Notes: a model not told the origin generated them from the letters alone. Numbered from the stretch's first letter, positions 40,526 through 56,013 are shown. The stretch: 64,000 bases of DNA from Octopus vulgaris (GCA_951406725.2 OX597819.1:56668001-56732000), one strand, 5' to 3'. Program-made: numbers and translations.

Positions 40526-40871
40526 TTTATTATTGTTAGTGGCATTATAAAAAAAAAAAACTTCAGTATTTGCTTTATCATTTATTGACAATCGGTGATT
40601 GAGAGATGATGGAAAACATAAGTATGATAAATATTCTTGCTAAAGAGTATGTCCGTGGCCATCTAATTGATTGATAAGTCTACTATTGAGCATTGTAGAA
40701 ATTTGCTGACACGTTCGTCAAAATATGACCTTGCCTATCAAGTTACATAGGGAAACATGCTAAATAATGTACTACGTGAATATTTTACAATAACTGCACA
40801 TGCATCACCATAACAACCGCTATGTATGCGAAACAACAACAGGCATAAAAGGAATAATAATAACAATAAAA

Positions 40872-41422
40872 TTCCCACTGATGCAGTACCAGGCGGTGGC
40901 TCTCGTGGCTTCTGATCTTAACTGATTGGAAGTGTTATCATGTACATTGTTTTGTCCTGGTATAAAAGATGGGCTACAGCAAATTATCTGCTCAATACCA
41001 CAGATTTGCTTGTCAGTTGTTTGCCCTCAACCAGTTGACCATGTCCCTTATTGGCTGACGATATGTGCATCTCTGATCACGAGCAGAAATAGTGGGGGAG
41101 CATCATATCCTTGTGTTGAAAGGAATTCTTGCAGGTTTAGATAATTCACCTTTGGTAACATGTGCGGTTCGTTCAACATTCTTAAGCAATCCTTATTTGA
41201 GCGGAATGGGCTACTCGACCAGAAGAAAATTCTACCTGTGCCCCACCTACAAGGTCATGCGCTGTTTATCTTGATATGAAATCACCATGTCCCGCACATC
41301 CGGTTATGATGCATGTGTCTGGTGTACCCTTATCAGACGGGTCGTCACGATGGGTATACTGGGCTTTGGATATTTTACCCCAGTGTCACTTTGATGGCAT
41401 GCACTGTTCTCTCACTCATTCA
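40872..41422 (+). mobile_element. Repeat family C, full length, followed by (AAT)n
   Basis: Reverse complement of 33400-33919 plus extra terminal sequence 'ctgatgcagtaccaggcggtggctctc'. Confidence 0.85.
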
Positions 41423-41969
<547 letters not shown>

Positions 41970-41999
41970 TATTAATAATAATATTAATAATAATAATAA

Positions 42000-42030
<31 letters not shown>

Positions 42031-42031
42031 A

Positions 42032-42092
<61 letters not shown>

Positions 42093-42104
42093 GTAATAAA
42101 AATC

Positions 42105-42156
<52 letters not shown>
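41970..42156. repeat. (AAT)n microsatellite
   Basis: Directly visible. Confidence 0.97.
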
Positions 42157-42159
<3 letters not shown>

Positions 42160-42339
42160 TTGTTGTATATCGGAATGGTCATTTTTGCCAGTTTAGCCAA
42201 TAAAAACACACGCACTATATATTTGGTGTTACTTAGCTTCAGTGTTATTTATTTTTTACATTAATCTGAATCTTATTTCGGCCAACAAATATATAAACGT
42301 AATAATAATAAATAATAATAATAATAAATAATAATAAAT

Positions 42340-42950
42340 GTTTCAAATGTTGCCACAAGGTCAGCGATTTCTGGAAAGGGGAGGAATCGATTTCATCGAC
42401 CCAGTATTCTATCGGTACTTGTTTTATCGTACTTCGATGGGATGAAAGGCAAAGTAAACCTCGGTGGAATTTGAACTCAGAACGTAAAGACGGACGAAAT
42501 GCCGCTAACGATTCTGCAGGCTCACCACCTTCCCGAAATAGTAATAATAATCCTTTCTAATAAATGTCAAAAGGCCTGAAATTTGAGAGTACACAACTGG
42601 TACTTAATTTATCGACCCCGAAAGGACGAAAGGCAAAGTCAACCTCGAAGGAATTTGAACTCAGAAGTTAAAACGGACGAAATGTTGCTAAGCATATCGC
42701 CCAGTGTGATAACTATTCTTAGTTCTTTATTGTCCAGAATGGGTTAAACATAGAGGGGACAAACAAGGACAGACAAAGGGATTAAGTCGATTTTATCGAC
42801 CCCAGTGCGTAACTGTTACTTAATTTATCGACCCCGAAAGGACGAAAGACAAAGCCAACCTCGGCATTTGAACTCAGAACGTAACGGCAGACGAACTGCC
42901 GCTAAGCATTTCACCCTGTGAGCTAACGATTCTGCTAGCTCGCCGCCTTC
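42340..42950 (-). mobile_element. Cluster of three SINE family B units
   Basis: Three occurrences of 'aaaggcaaagt.aacctcg...atttgaactcagaa'. Confidence 0.82.
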
Positions 42951-43384
42951 ACGGATTACTAATAATAATGGTAGCAGTTACAGCCTTCCATTAAACATCA
43001 TTACTAACAGTTCTACTATTATCATAAACGAAGCGGTTAACACTGTTACTACTAGATAATGAGCTCTTTATTTCATGTATTCATTGAACACAACGTTTTG
43101 TTCCGCGTAAAATCCACGCGATAAGAAAATCTTGCGTGACGGTCTCTAAATAACCGTTTTTATGAAGGGAGGTGATCAACTCAGAATATTAGGAATTAGA
43201 AATTTGAATTTGAAATCAGGCAGTATAGAGCAGTACAAGGATAAGTCTCAACGCACGAAACTTTCGGCCCTTGCATCACTCAGTTTCCTCAGCCAAATAT
43301 CAATAAAAATATACCGGTTCTCATATTTTGAGCTTTCATTTTTCCTGTTTGTATCACCATACCTTAATATACCAATATAACAGC

Positions 43385-43842
43385 AACAGACGTAGCTGTG
43401 TGTTAAGACGCTTGCTTACCAAACACATTGTTCTGAGTTCAATCCCACTGCTTGACACATTGGTTAAGTGTTTTCTGCTATATACTCGGGTCCTCCAAAC
43501 ACTTTTGAGTGGACTGGGTAGACGGAAACTGAAAGAAGCCCATCGGATCTCTCCCTATGTATGTATGTATGTATGTATGTATCTATCGATCTATTTATCT
43601 ATCTACCTATCTATCTGTATGTATATATCTATTTGTGTGTGTCTTCATGTGTCCCGCCACCGCTTGATAACCGGAGTTGATGTATTTACTTCTCTGTAAC
43701 TTAGTAGCTCGGCAAAGAGAAACCGATAAATTAAGTACCAGGCTTTAAAAAGACCTGGGGTTGATTTGTTCAACTTAAACCATTCAAGGCAGTGCCTCAG
43801 CATGGTCACAGTCACGTTACTAAAACAGGTAAATGAAAAAGA
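43385..43842 (+). mobile_element. SINE family A, older copy
   Basis: 'gtagctgtgtgttaagacgcttgcttaccaa...gtagacggaaactgaaagaagccc...' plus tail. Confidence 0.8.
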
Positions 43843-44441
43843 TATTTTAAATTCTGTTTGCAATTTTATACACTGAAGGTCCTACAATTTCAATTAATTG
43901 TCATATATAACACTGTTTTAACCCTTTTAATCAGCATGAGTTAACCTGTAAATTTGTTGATAAGATACATAACTAACAGAGAAATTACGGCAAATCTAAG
44001 ATGAAATTAAAGACCAGAAGACGTTCATGGAATGTTTTCATTCTGTTTCTTCTTCCGTAAATATTTCAGGTTCAAGAAAATATTCATGATTACGTACAGA
44101 AGAATTAGAAGTTTCTAGTTTCTTCTTCACCTCATGAAAATGTTTTATGAACGGTAAATTTTGTACCTAAATATCTAATGTGTGTAAAAAAAATTGAAAC
44201 ACACTGAATTATTGAGGAATAAATAATATAAAAATATTACATAAATTTCACTAGGACTCATACGTTATTAATACACCATGATATCATTATGCTAAGAAAT
44301 ATTAATGTATCTGTGTGTTGTATTCAACCATAATCCTTGTATGAATTCGTGTTCAGCAATAGCCAACGCATTTACGAAGGGAAGTTACTACGGCCGACAA
44401 GAAAATTGTGCTGGACGTCAGAAGTTTTTACCGAAAGGAAA

Positions 44442-44475
<34 letters not shown>

Positions 44476-45369
44476 CACGCTCAAATGACGCGTAGTCTTT
44501 CAACTATCATTGAAAATATAATGGGATCGAAATAGCCTCACTCTCTATGAAAAGCGATCTACTAGCTCAATGCCAATTTAAGGCTAATCTGCAAAGTCGG
44601 CCATTTTGCAGTCCATTCCGATAATCGTTAAAAGGAAGATGAATATCATGGTTAAAAATAACGAAATACTTTACTGTAATGTGTTCCTACATTGTTTATT
44701 CCTCACTAATTCAGCGTGTTTCAATATTTTTACATTTATTATATATTTAGATATAGTAAAAATCTACTGTCAACACAAAATTTAATAGTAACATTTTCAC
44801 AATTTCAGCTTTAACTGATACCAACGTAAAAAATTATTATTCAGTTAACACACCAGTTAATAGTATTTTCATTGTCCAGTTTATCATAATCACCGCCATT
44901 ACTAAGACTAATATCCACCTCCAACAATGATTCCCTTTTATGAAATTAAATTTACACAACATGCAGGAAACTCTCCAAAAAGTAAAAATTTATTGTTTTT
45001 CTAAAAACATGGAAGACATTCGAAAAGGTCGTGAAATGTACGTTATTAACAACAAATGAACTGAGGTGGATTTGCCATTCTATGAAAATACTGAAACTAG
45101 CCGATTGAGCTGATATGAACCACAGTAATTTTAATAGCCAAAATAATAATTTTATTTAGTGTTGTGAAATGCCAAGAGCACAGCACAACATTACAAGAAA
45201 TCTGACCTTCGGAACTCATCTCTAAATCACTTGACCTCAACATGAATTTGAACGAAGGCAATTTTGACTTGGAGGGAGTGAAGCATATGTGTCATATTTT
45301 TCTCACATTGCTACTAAACATCTGTGAACGATGACAACAATGGTGTACGGCCATCATCTATGCACGTGC

Positions 45370-45560
45370 GAAGGTGAGTGGCTTAGCGGATAGGGTATTC
45401 AAATACGATGCTGGTGTCGTGATTTCGATACCCGGCGGCAGTTCTGTCCTTAAATGTGTCGCTGGAGTGCTCAGCCATTTGCACTCCAATTTCACGCGCA
45501 GGATGTTCTGTTGATCGGCTCAGCTGGAATACTCGTCGTTGTAACCGACTAAGTACCATT
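45370..45560 (+). mobile_element. tRNA-derived SINE family D, degenerate
   Basis: Head 'gtggcttagcggataggg...gatttcgatacccgg' matches the head of 50237-50430. Confidence 0.55.
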
Positions 45561-47170
45561 TAAAAAAATATATATATATGTATATATATATGGATGTATA
45601 AGGTATATTATGACTAGAGAATATTCGTTATGGCGGTCTGTGTTCAGAACGCTGTTCAACCGCCTGGAGTTAAACATCAATATCAGCAACCCAGCAGCAC
45701 CGATAACTAAAGCAGCGACAACAACATATACACAATCGTCCATACACAGCATCAATACCCGCAATGTAATCTCCGCCAACTTCAATACTAACTTAACTAT
45801 TCCACTAATAAATATTAACGATGACATTATACACTTCTGTGTTATGATGCAAAAAGTATTCAATCTTTTATTGTTGGGAACATATAAATTGGTAGAAGTT
45901 GAACTTTTCCAGTGGAGATTAGTAATGAAAGAGAACTCATCCGAAAACCAAAGAATGGGAATTATATCAGTCTAGATTTACAAAACATCCTTTTTTCCAT
46001 ATATTCTTATGTTGCTTATCTGAATCTTGACCATTATCAATTACTACCATTGGCATAAGCCATAAAAGTATCGATTGGATGTCTTTTCTTGATCTTCTCT
46101 TATCTCCATAGTCATCTATGATGATTTCTTGGAATATTAAATCAACCATAGTACTTGATTGGTACTTTATTTTATTGATCAGAAAAGGAAAGGCTAAAGT
46201 TCACCTCAGCCAAATATAAACACAGATCCTAAAGTACTCTGGCACAATACTGCAAATATTTTCTTTGATGCTTTAAAAACGTTTAAATAATCGATACCAT
46301 TATACTTTATGCTTTAGTTTAAAATTCTCAACAAGATGGATGTTAGCCAAAAGAGGATTTGAATTTGACTTCGGTGGGATGTGAACTGAAGCATTAATTG
46401 CTTTTGATTATATCCTGCAATGTATTTTGTTCGACGCACTACCAGTTCTTTTACACTAACTTCATAATCTGACGCCGATATTGATTTCTTACAGAATCAA
46501 AATTCTCATGATTTTCTAAGGGTGAATGAAATTTCGCAAAACTGATACTGTCAAATTTATTGTTAATATCTTCAATAACTTCACTGAAAATCAATCAGAA
46601 GACCATATTCGAAACATGATTAAGGGAGTGCTTCTCAAACAGTGAATATCAAGGGGTATCGATGTACGTTGCGTATTTTTAAAAATATAATTATACAAAT
46701 ATATTAAGTAAAACAAGGTTTTCTTCATTTCGTTTCTAGATTTTCAAATTTTAAACATTGGTACCTTTCTTAAATCACAAATATTTTCGTCTGAGAATAT
46801 TTACAAATTCTTTTTTCACTTTCTTTAATGAATAGGTTTTTCTATTAGTTTCTAAGTGCGTAGCGTCAAAACATTTATCGTTCTTAGTGCCTACAAAATC
46901 GACCAAAATCAGTCTGGAAAGGAGAAGGAGTCGGATGCGGATAAAAGAAGTATCTGAGTATATTATGAGTCTCAAGCTTGTAGTTAGACACAAATACTGT
47001 ACCAATGTTACTGCTCTTAACAGTCACTGGATCCAAGCTAATATGATCTGAATAAGGTGAATAATATATATAGATTCGCCATGATAGATTACTAGTCACT
47101 AAGCATTCTTATTTTCTCTATGTTCTCTATTTTCTCTTCTTTATTTTCTCTCTTTGTTTCTTTCTGTGTT

Positions 47171-47208
47171 TCTTTCTGTACAAGAGCGTAGGACCGAAAC
47201 GTTAAAGA
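47171..47208 (+). ncRNA. Relic minimal hammerhead motif
   Basis: tcttt-ctgtaca-a-gagcgtaggacc-gaa-acgt-t-aaaga. Perfect 5-bp stem I and ACGT stem III, but core and stem II are decayed. Confidence 0.4.
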
Positions 47209-47275
47209 TTTCTTCACATCCCGAGCGTTAAACTAATACATTTGTTTGTTGTTTACATCTCCTGTCTTCGTCTTT

Positions 47276-47340
<65 letters not shown>

Positions 47341-47458
47341 TGTATGTATGTATGTATGTATGTATGTATGTATGTATGGAACCGCAGGAGTGGCTGTGAT
47401 ATAAGAAGCTTGCTTCCAAACTACAGGGAACCGGACTCAGTTGCACTGCGTGGTAACT

Positions 47459-47489
<31 letters not shown>

Positions 47490-48249
47490 GTGTGTGTGTG
47501 TGTGTTTGTTTGTTTGTGTGAGCGTGTGTCGTGCATGCATGTACGTAAGTGGGGCAAGTTGAAAGGCAGTGTTTTGTTCAAGATCTCAACGTACTACCCG
47601 ATCTTGCGATCTTGAAGGCAACACATTAATTACTATGTAACACACCTTCACAAAGGTGGTATAATGTGGGCCAAAAGAACGTGGACGTTTCCTAATAGGA
47701 ATCAGTGGTGTTCGACGCACGCTGATATCACAGTGCTTTTGGATGCCCCGGAGTCCTTGAAAACTTCAATCAAAAGCTGATGAAGTGGGAGTTTGTCAGT
47801 GGATGTTGTACAGAGAATAAATTGTGTTAAAAATCAATGCCTAAATATATAACTAAGATAACGTACATAATTAAGGTTAAATATGTAATTAAGGTCATAT
47901 GTAAATTGGCTTATTTAATTATATAATTTATTGTATCTAGGCGGTTCATTATGCTAATAATTAACACACGCACTCGTTCTATTTCAAGTCGTCATTATTT
48001 GTCACTTGGATTCTTTGAATTACCCTTGAGTTAATAATCCACTCAAACATGTTTGCCTATGTACTTGTTCTCACCATTCGCAACATTCTCAATAACGTGA
48101 CTACTCGGCACCACGTGAGATTACAAAAATGAAATAATTACATATTCATTGTATGAAAAAAATATGTCGAAATGCAAACGTGATTCATTAAATCGCATAC
48201 ATATGTATCCATGCGCTTGAGCATGGATACATATGGGTAACCATATATT

Positions 48250-48692
48250 ATTTTACTTGTTTCAGTTATTTTGACTGCGACCATGCTGGAGCACTACCTT
48301 TTGTCGAGCAAATTGAAACGCAGGACTCATTCTTTGTAAGCCTAGTACTGATTCTATAAGTCTTTTTTCCGAACGGCTAAGTTACGGGGTATATAAAAAC
48401 ACCAGCATCGGTTGTCAAGAGATGTTGCGGATACACACACACACAAACATTCATACAAACGCATATACATAGATACATACATATATATATAATATATATA
48501 TACATATACATACATATATATATATATATGGCGGGCTTCTTTCAGTTTCCGTCTACCATATCCACTCACAAGGCTTTGGTCTGCCCAAGGCTATAGTAGA
48601 AGACACTTGCCCAAGATGCAACGCAATGGGACTGAACCCGGAACCATGTAGTTGGTAAGCTACCTACTTACCACACAGCCACTCTTGCGCCT
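48250..48692 (-). mobile_element. SINE family A, full length
   Basis: Head taggcgcaagagtggctgtgtggtaag (minus), internal microsatellite, tail. Confidence 0.88.
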
Positions 48693-49193
48693 ATTTATAC
48701 ACGCAAACTTATATATATATGCGGTTTTAAGCGGAATACCACAGAAATAATTTTAACTGTTATTCATCGCATTTTATACTGATATCACCGAAATAATTGT
48801 AACTGCTACTAAAATCATTTTATGCTCATCTTGTTTTTCTGTGTTTCTCACTATACAAGAGATATATAATTAGATTTCTTGCACCTTGGGATTACATTTT
48901 ATGGAAGTACAAATCCATAACATTAATGTCAGTGTCATTGTGCGGTTAGTCGGTTTATTCGTATCGAATAATGCATAAAGGATACGCCCAAAATTTTACT
49001 ACACCAAAATTTACATATGTGCGTATGTGTGAGTTCCTTAAACATATATAAACCTCTCTCACTCCGTGTACACACACACACGCACACACACACATGTATG
49101 TATGTATGTATGTATGTATCTATATATGAGTGTAAACATACACGCATATATGCATGCACATATTTCCATTTATATTTGAATTTATTTCTATGA

Positions 49194-49252
<59 letters not shown>

Positions 49253-49723
49253 ATATGTATATACATAGCTACGTACATCAAGATGACAGTAGCTGTACTG
49301 CATTGTTAGAGATAAATATGCTGAATATACATGCATGTCGCAGTGCTAGAGGTATCAAGGTATTTTCACGGTTGCATTAATACTGCTGGTAGCAAAGAAT
49401 AGCATGATGGTGATAATCGAAAGGTGGTGATTGTGAGTGTATTGTTGTAGAGGCAGTGATGGAAGTGTTAGCAATGCTATATGCTTCAAATATTATCATC
49501 TTCAAAAGGAGTAGCAACGCTCAAGTTCTTCGTGACAGTTTCAGATAAAAGTCCTCGTTATCGCCACGAGCGGTTTTATTGATATTGGCAGGGACGTCCG
49601 TAAGGAAATCTTTGTGAGATCTAGGAGCCAATGTTTGGCGATTTGCTGTTCCCTTCTGGTGTTTAACCACGCGTATACGTACATAAATTCACACACGTAT
49701 GCAATTTGTGTGTGTATGTGTTG

Positions 49724-49754
<31 letters not shown>

Positions 49755-49874
49755 CACACACACATATATATGTATATACATATATACAATTATATATAAA
49801 TACATATATGCATATATATGTGTGTGTGCGTGTGTATATATATATAATTATATATGTATGTGTGTGTTTATAAT

Positions 49875-49906
<32 letters not shown>

Positions 49907-50236
49907 AGTGTGTGTGTGTGTGCACACACAATCCTGCATTCATGCATGCATATACTTATAAATGCAGATTTCACTTCATCGATCTGTTTCAGCATCGAAA
50001 TACGCTTACGAATTTACAAGTTTACAAGGCTACAAGTTCAGTACTTTCACAAAATTCTCTCTCAGCATCTCTCTCTCTCTCTCTCTCTCTCATGTGTACA
50101 GACACACACACTCGCACTCTCTCGCACACACATATACACACGCTCACAGACAGGCACACAGACACACACGTAAACACACTCACAAGTACACGTAAAAAAT
50201 CTGCATTCGATTGGGTATCGTATCTATTTCTAAATG

Positions 50237-50430
50237 TGGAGGCGCGTGGCTTAGTGGTTAGGGTGTCAGCATCATGATCGTGGTTTCGATTCCTGGACCG
50301 GGCGACGCGTTGTGTTCTTGAGCAAAACACTCCGATTCACGTTGCTCCAGTCCACTCAGCTGGCAAAAATGAGTAAGGCTGCGATGGACTGGCGTTAGAA
50401 ACCGGGCCTATGAGCCTGCCTAGGCTAATA
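50237..50430 (+). mobile_element. tRNA-derived SINE family D
   Basis: A box tggcttagtgg and B box ggtttcgattcc, then 'gcgttgtgttcttgagcaaaacact...ccactcagctggcaaaaatgagta'. Confidence 0.75.
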
Positions 50431-50834
50431 CGCAGAACACGTAACTTTAACCATAGCATCTTGACTATGGTATAACTTACCGTAAAATGAAATAGGCAAA
50501 GCAGTTTTTGAATAAACACCAGAAATAATATCATAGTACAAATGATATGTTGTTCTGGCAAGTTAAAGGAGAAACGAAGTAACCCCTATTTAGTAAACAA
50601 ATGTAACAGAACACAGGTTATTGTTTGCATATCAATAAGACAAATAAACATGAATACACATGGAGGCCGATAAATGACAGATCTCAAGTATAATTTATTT
50701 TCAGGCTGCAAGAACTATTTGTTGGTTAAAACATGTCGCAGGTGCCTTCAATTTATCGAGATAAATCGTTAAGTATTTGCACTTCAAATTCGATAACAGA
50801 TAAGTCGTTTATATTTCAATCTTGGTTTGTTTTC

Positions 50835-51168
50835 TATTTTTCTATAACTTGTTTCAGTTGTGAGAGTGCGAGCATGTAGGGGCACCCCCTTGTAGAGTTT
50901 TTAGTGAAGAGAAACTTAGTGACAGGAACGTAAACAAACCAACATCGATTGTCAAGTGGTGGGGGGGGGGGACAGGCACACACGCACGTATGCATACACA
51001 CACACATACACACATACAACAGGTTACTTTCAGTTTCCGTCTACAAAATCACTCACAAGGCTTTGGTCGGCCCGAGGCTATATTAGAAGACGCTTGGCCA
51101 AGTGGGCTTGAACTCAGAATATGTGACTAGGAGGCAAATTTTTTACCACTCAGTCACGTCAACGCCTA
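50835..51168 (-). mobile_element. SINE family A, degenerate
   Basis: 'ctttcagtttccgtctac...ctcacaaggctttggtcggcccgaggctat'. Confidence 0.75.
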
Positions 51169-52157
51169 CGTAGACTTTATGATTTCAAATTCAAAGAAGC
51201 TGAAAATATGTTGAAAAATAAAAAAAGGAGAAAAAAAACTTCGAAAAACAAGCCTAAAATATTGCAGCGAATAATATTATCTGGCGAAAGTATTTTTTTA
51301 CAAAAATGGAAGTCGGCCTGTATTTCTACTATTGGATGCTTTTGAGGACAACTGCCGTAATAAGAGAGGATGAGCGAGAGAGAGAAAGAGGAAGGAGAGG
51401 GAGAGATACAGGAAAAGAGAGAGAGGGAGAGAGAGAGACAGATGCAAAAATTACCGTTGCATAATTGTTCGATCTATTTCTGCAATGCATGTCTGTGTCC
51501 ATAGTACAGAGAACAGATTAAAGACTTCCATTATGAAGGCAGAAGAGAGTGGATCTTAACTTTCAAGTGGTTTCCAATTAGAAATTTTAGTGACAACCAT
51601 GCAGTTATATCGACCAATGCTAAGTGAGTGTTTTGATAGCTTCCAAGTCGATAAAAGGATTTTTATTTAATTGACTACTACACACTCGACTAAGTGAGAT
51701 ATTTTTCAGTATAGACTTTCCAAGAGCCGTTTGCAAACCCTTCCATACGTTGGAGATATTAAAGTTACTTGAGATAATGAAAAACCAAGCCAGCATCTTT
51801 CTACGTATGTGTCGTGAATACATGTTATATATCTTATGAGTCTGCTAAAGCATTCATGTTGCTGGTACAAAATTTCCTTTAAAAAAGCAGAATACTAAAT
51901 AAGAAACATGCAAAAGAAGAAACGGCGAATATAAATAAGAATAAAATCTTGTTCTGAAAAGTGACGTAGAGAAATTGTGTTCACTGAAATCTCTCTATCT
52001 GCCGGCAACACTAAACTGAAACGCGCACGCGCGTGTATATGTGTGTGTGTATGTGCGCGCGTATGTGTGTATGTGTGTATGTTTGTGTGTGTGTGTGTAT
52101 AAACATTAGAGAATACAATAAGGGTAAACCGAGTCTCGAGAAACCGAAACCTGTTCA

Positions 52158-52556
52158 TAGGCGCAGGAGTGGCTGTGTGGTAAGTAGCTAGCTTACCAAC
52201 CACATTGTTCCGGGTTCAGTCCTTCTGTGTGGTACCTTGGGCAAGTGTCTTCTACTACAGCTCGGGCTGACCAAAGCCTTTTGAGTGGATTTGGTCGACG
52301 GAAACTGAAAGAAGCCCGTCGTATATATGTATGTATATATATATATGTATCTATATATATGTATGTGTATGTGTGTGTATATGTTTGTGTGCCTCTGCTT
52401 GTCTCCCCACCATCGCTCGACAACCGATGCTGGTATGTTTACGTCCCCGTAACTTAGCGGTTCGGCAATAAGAGACCGATTGAATAAATACTAGGCTTAC
52501 AAAAAATAATTCCTGATAACAGAAACAAGTAAAAGAGTAGAAATGAGTAAAGGAGT
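52158..52556 (+). mobile_element. SINE family A, full-length head
   Basis: aggcgcaggagtggctgtgtggtaagtagc...cgggttcagtcc...ccttgggcaagtgtcttctact. Confidence 0.88.
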
Positions 52557-52959
52557 ATATGTATCAGGTTATCCTTGCCAACGCAACACGCTTTTTGGCA
52601 TGGACACTGAAAATGCAACTGCGAAACACTCCGTTAACCGGCATAGAGAGGTGTACTGACTGAGGATTGAACTCGAATTTATTAATCCCCTTTTATGTGC
52701 TCTATCCCTCTCCATCTAACTCACTGTATGTACGCATTATACGTTCACAAACACGAGCACACACACAGACATATATCGCGAGCTAAATAAATGAAGACAT
52801 TTCTCAGTGAGTGGAGTACTTTTTATGTTGCTCCTATATTAGGAAATTATGAGTGTGCGTTGGTGTGTGTGTATGTGTGTGTTTGTATCTGTGTATATGT
52901 TTATGTACGTACGTATGTATGCATGCATGCATTATATCTCCGTCGTTAATAACAATTTT

Positions 52960-53270
52960 ACGCAAGACGCCAACAAATTGCAAAGGCATTGATGTGTTTA
53001 GCAGTGTTATTCTATTCCAGTAAAAGTGGAATGTGTTTAAGCAAGCGGTTGATGGTAGGTACTGATGTCTTTGAAAGACACAGAATTGGTCATTTAGCAA
53101 ATCTACCACCATTGCTCGATAATTTTCATCTGCTTTTGTCATTTTAGTACGATACATAAAAGAAAGAAGCTTTCTCAAAAACAATACTAGTTTTGAGGCC
53201 TTTAATTGTACATACACATTATGGCACAAAATGACAATTTCCTTGACAATAAGGAAACTTTAAAATTCGT
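52960..53270 (-). mobile_element. Possible Chapaev3-like DNA transposase remnant
   Basis: KADENYRAMVVDLL resembles the 'KA.NY.ELV..LL' motif, followed by FQ.DIS-like and ..FYW fragments. Heavily deleted. Confidence 0.3.
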
Positions 53271-53409
53271 ACGACGTCAGTAATGTGTGTGTGTGTGTGC
53301 GCGCGTATGTATATTCTTTTATTCTTGTATGTGTTTCCGCCAGGTGGCTGTGGTGAAGCTGGAGCACCATCACATATATATATATAGAAAATCTACGCCA
53401 GTTTCTTTT

Positions 53410-54275
53410 CCTCTTATTTCGTGAAACCGTATATTTCCAGCTTTTTGCACAAATTTGTTGTTACGTGATCTAATGCACCTATGATGCTGGCTACAAATGA
53501 GAATTCATTCTCAGGGTACAAGAGTTGTAAGTTCGCCATAAATTGTCTCTTTGCTTCGAACCTTTGCTTGTAGATGCACACATGTTGGGCAGCTGACCTC
53601 AACAGCTGAGCATGACATTTGCGCCCTCTCCTATAGAACAATATCAGGTCTGTTATGTTTGCATAGAATTGATGCTTTTATTGGGGCGTTGCACCAGTAT
53701 TCCTTATTTTCAAAGGTATGAGTATCTGCTGGTTCTGGCATGCATTTGATGTTTATGTCAGAGCAATCCTTCCTACGGATAGCATTGTTTTTGCAACTAT
53801 ATCATGCCTCAGGGTTGGTACTATCTCGTAGACATTTGGGGTCAGCTGCTGAGGATGTGGTTGATATCATCCAAACTGGTATAGCAGAGCCGATAATTTT
53901 TTTACCACAACGTTGAAGTTTGGTGGTATCTTTATCCTTCTTGTATTCCAGGTATTTAGAAGCTACCGTCTGTTCCTGGATAACGAAGGCATATCCTTCT
54001 AGGTGGAATCTAATGTACCTGTCACAGGTCCAGGAGAGGATACTCTTTTCAATGATGTTGTTGCCTTATAGCTTACGAGATATGTACTCATGTATTGCTT
54101 TTCGTCGGTATGTGGTCTGCTTCTCCTCCAAGCTTCAGTTTAGGTAAGCCAGTCCAGCCTCCTTTGTGTATTCGCAAAGTAGTTCTTTTTCAATTCTGAA
54201 AATGTTGTTGCTCTCTGTTTTGTGTATGCATGGGATATACTCCTTTATGATTTTACTGTTTATCACGCATTGCCT
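53410..54275 (-). mobile_element. Degenerate RLE-type non-LTR retrotransposon C-terminal region
   Basis: Minus motifs GYAFVIQEQ, C...DDINHILSS.P, RHDIVAK, RPDI and FVASIIGAL. Confidence 0.75.
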
Positions 54276-54302
54276 GATTGATACAACGTGACATTCAAAA
54301 AC

Positions 54303-54316
54303 TGTATGTATGTATG

Positions 54317-54351
<35 letters not shown>

Positions 54352-54380
54352 GTATGTATGTATGTATGTATGTATGTATG

Positions 54381-54414
<34 letters not shown>

Positions 54415-54758
54415 TGTATGTATGTATGTATGTGTGTGTATGAATGTATGTATGTATGTAAGTATGTATGTATGTATGAATGTATGTATGTATGTATGTA
54501 TGCATGTAAGTATGTATGTATGAATGTATGTATGTATGTATGATGTATGTATACGTGTCTTTTCTGTTTTTCACCATTTAAATTCTTCCTCCCCAGAAAA
54601 AGCTGGTCTCTAACAAAGATACAAAGATACAAACTCCATCTTTGGAATGTAGATAGTGAAAACGTTGTCACATTTCAAACCCGAGAAATTTCTACAATAA
54701 TTTGACAGTTCTGCTTACAGGTAGTATTTGTAATGTAGGAATCAGTTGGTTGTATGCG

Positions 54759-54790
<32 letters not shown>

Positions 54791-54872
54791 TGTATGTATG
54801 TATGTATGTATGTATGTATGTATGTATGCATGTATGTATGTATGTATGCATATATGTATATGTGTATGTATG

Positions 54873-54926
<54 letters not shown>

Positions 54927-54930
54927 AGTG
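54303..54930. repeat. Two (TATG)n microsatellite tracts
   Basis: 54303-54550 and 54750-54930. Confidence 0.93.
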
Positions 54931-55296
54931 TATACATGCCTGTATAAATATGTCTGAAAGTAAGTGTAAACACATCACAATAGTAGAGACAGATAGGCAG
55001 AAAAACACACACAAAAAAAGTAGACAGGGATATATTCATCTATATTTCTTTGAAGTATATATGTATTTGTACTATATATCATACGTTAGTATAAATTATA
55101 TTTTTGAGTTTGTTCAGTGCTTAATATTTATTCAATTTATATCAATATGGAAACGTTCCAAAAATGCTTAAAACAAAATTATTGTTCACCAATGTGAGGC
55201 TGTAAATGTCGTAAATACCACATAAATCAACTAGATCGTGATATCTTTCTGTAATAATTAATATTTTTCAGGATTCCATACATGCATATATGTGCC

Positions 55297-55650
<354 letters not shown>

Positions 55651-55902
55651 TTTCTTTATGTATGTGTGTGTATGGTCTTCGATATTTCTCTATCTCTTCC
55701 AGTTTCCTTCCTCAAAAAGAATTTGAAATTCATCATCAATTGGCATATCTCTTTTATTTTCCTACATATATATATATGCACAGGCACACACACGCACACA
55801 TGAATACACACAAAAGGCACATGCACATACACACGCAGACACACACACAGAGACGCACACACACACACATCTAAATATTTGGCTGAATATAAAAAGTGTA
55901 TA

Positions 55903-55904
<2 letters not shown>

Positions 55905-55945
<41 letters not shown>

Positions 55946-55978
55946 TTATATACATATATTTATATATATGTATATGTG

Positions 55979-56013
<35 letters not shown>

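Noticed and set aside
40872-40940. Resemblance of the family C end to U2 snRNA
   Set aside because: Only short scattered word matches, not a collinear alignment.
45549-46149. Non-repetitive ORFs of 60-121 aa
   Set aside because: No recognisable domain and no clear splice signals; lengths are compatible with chance.
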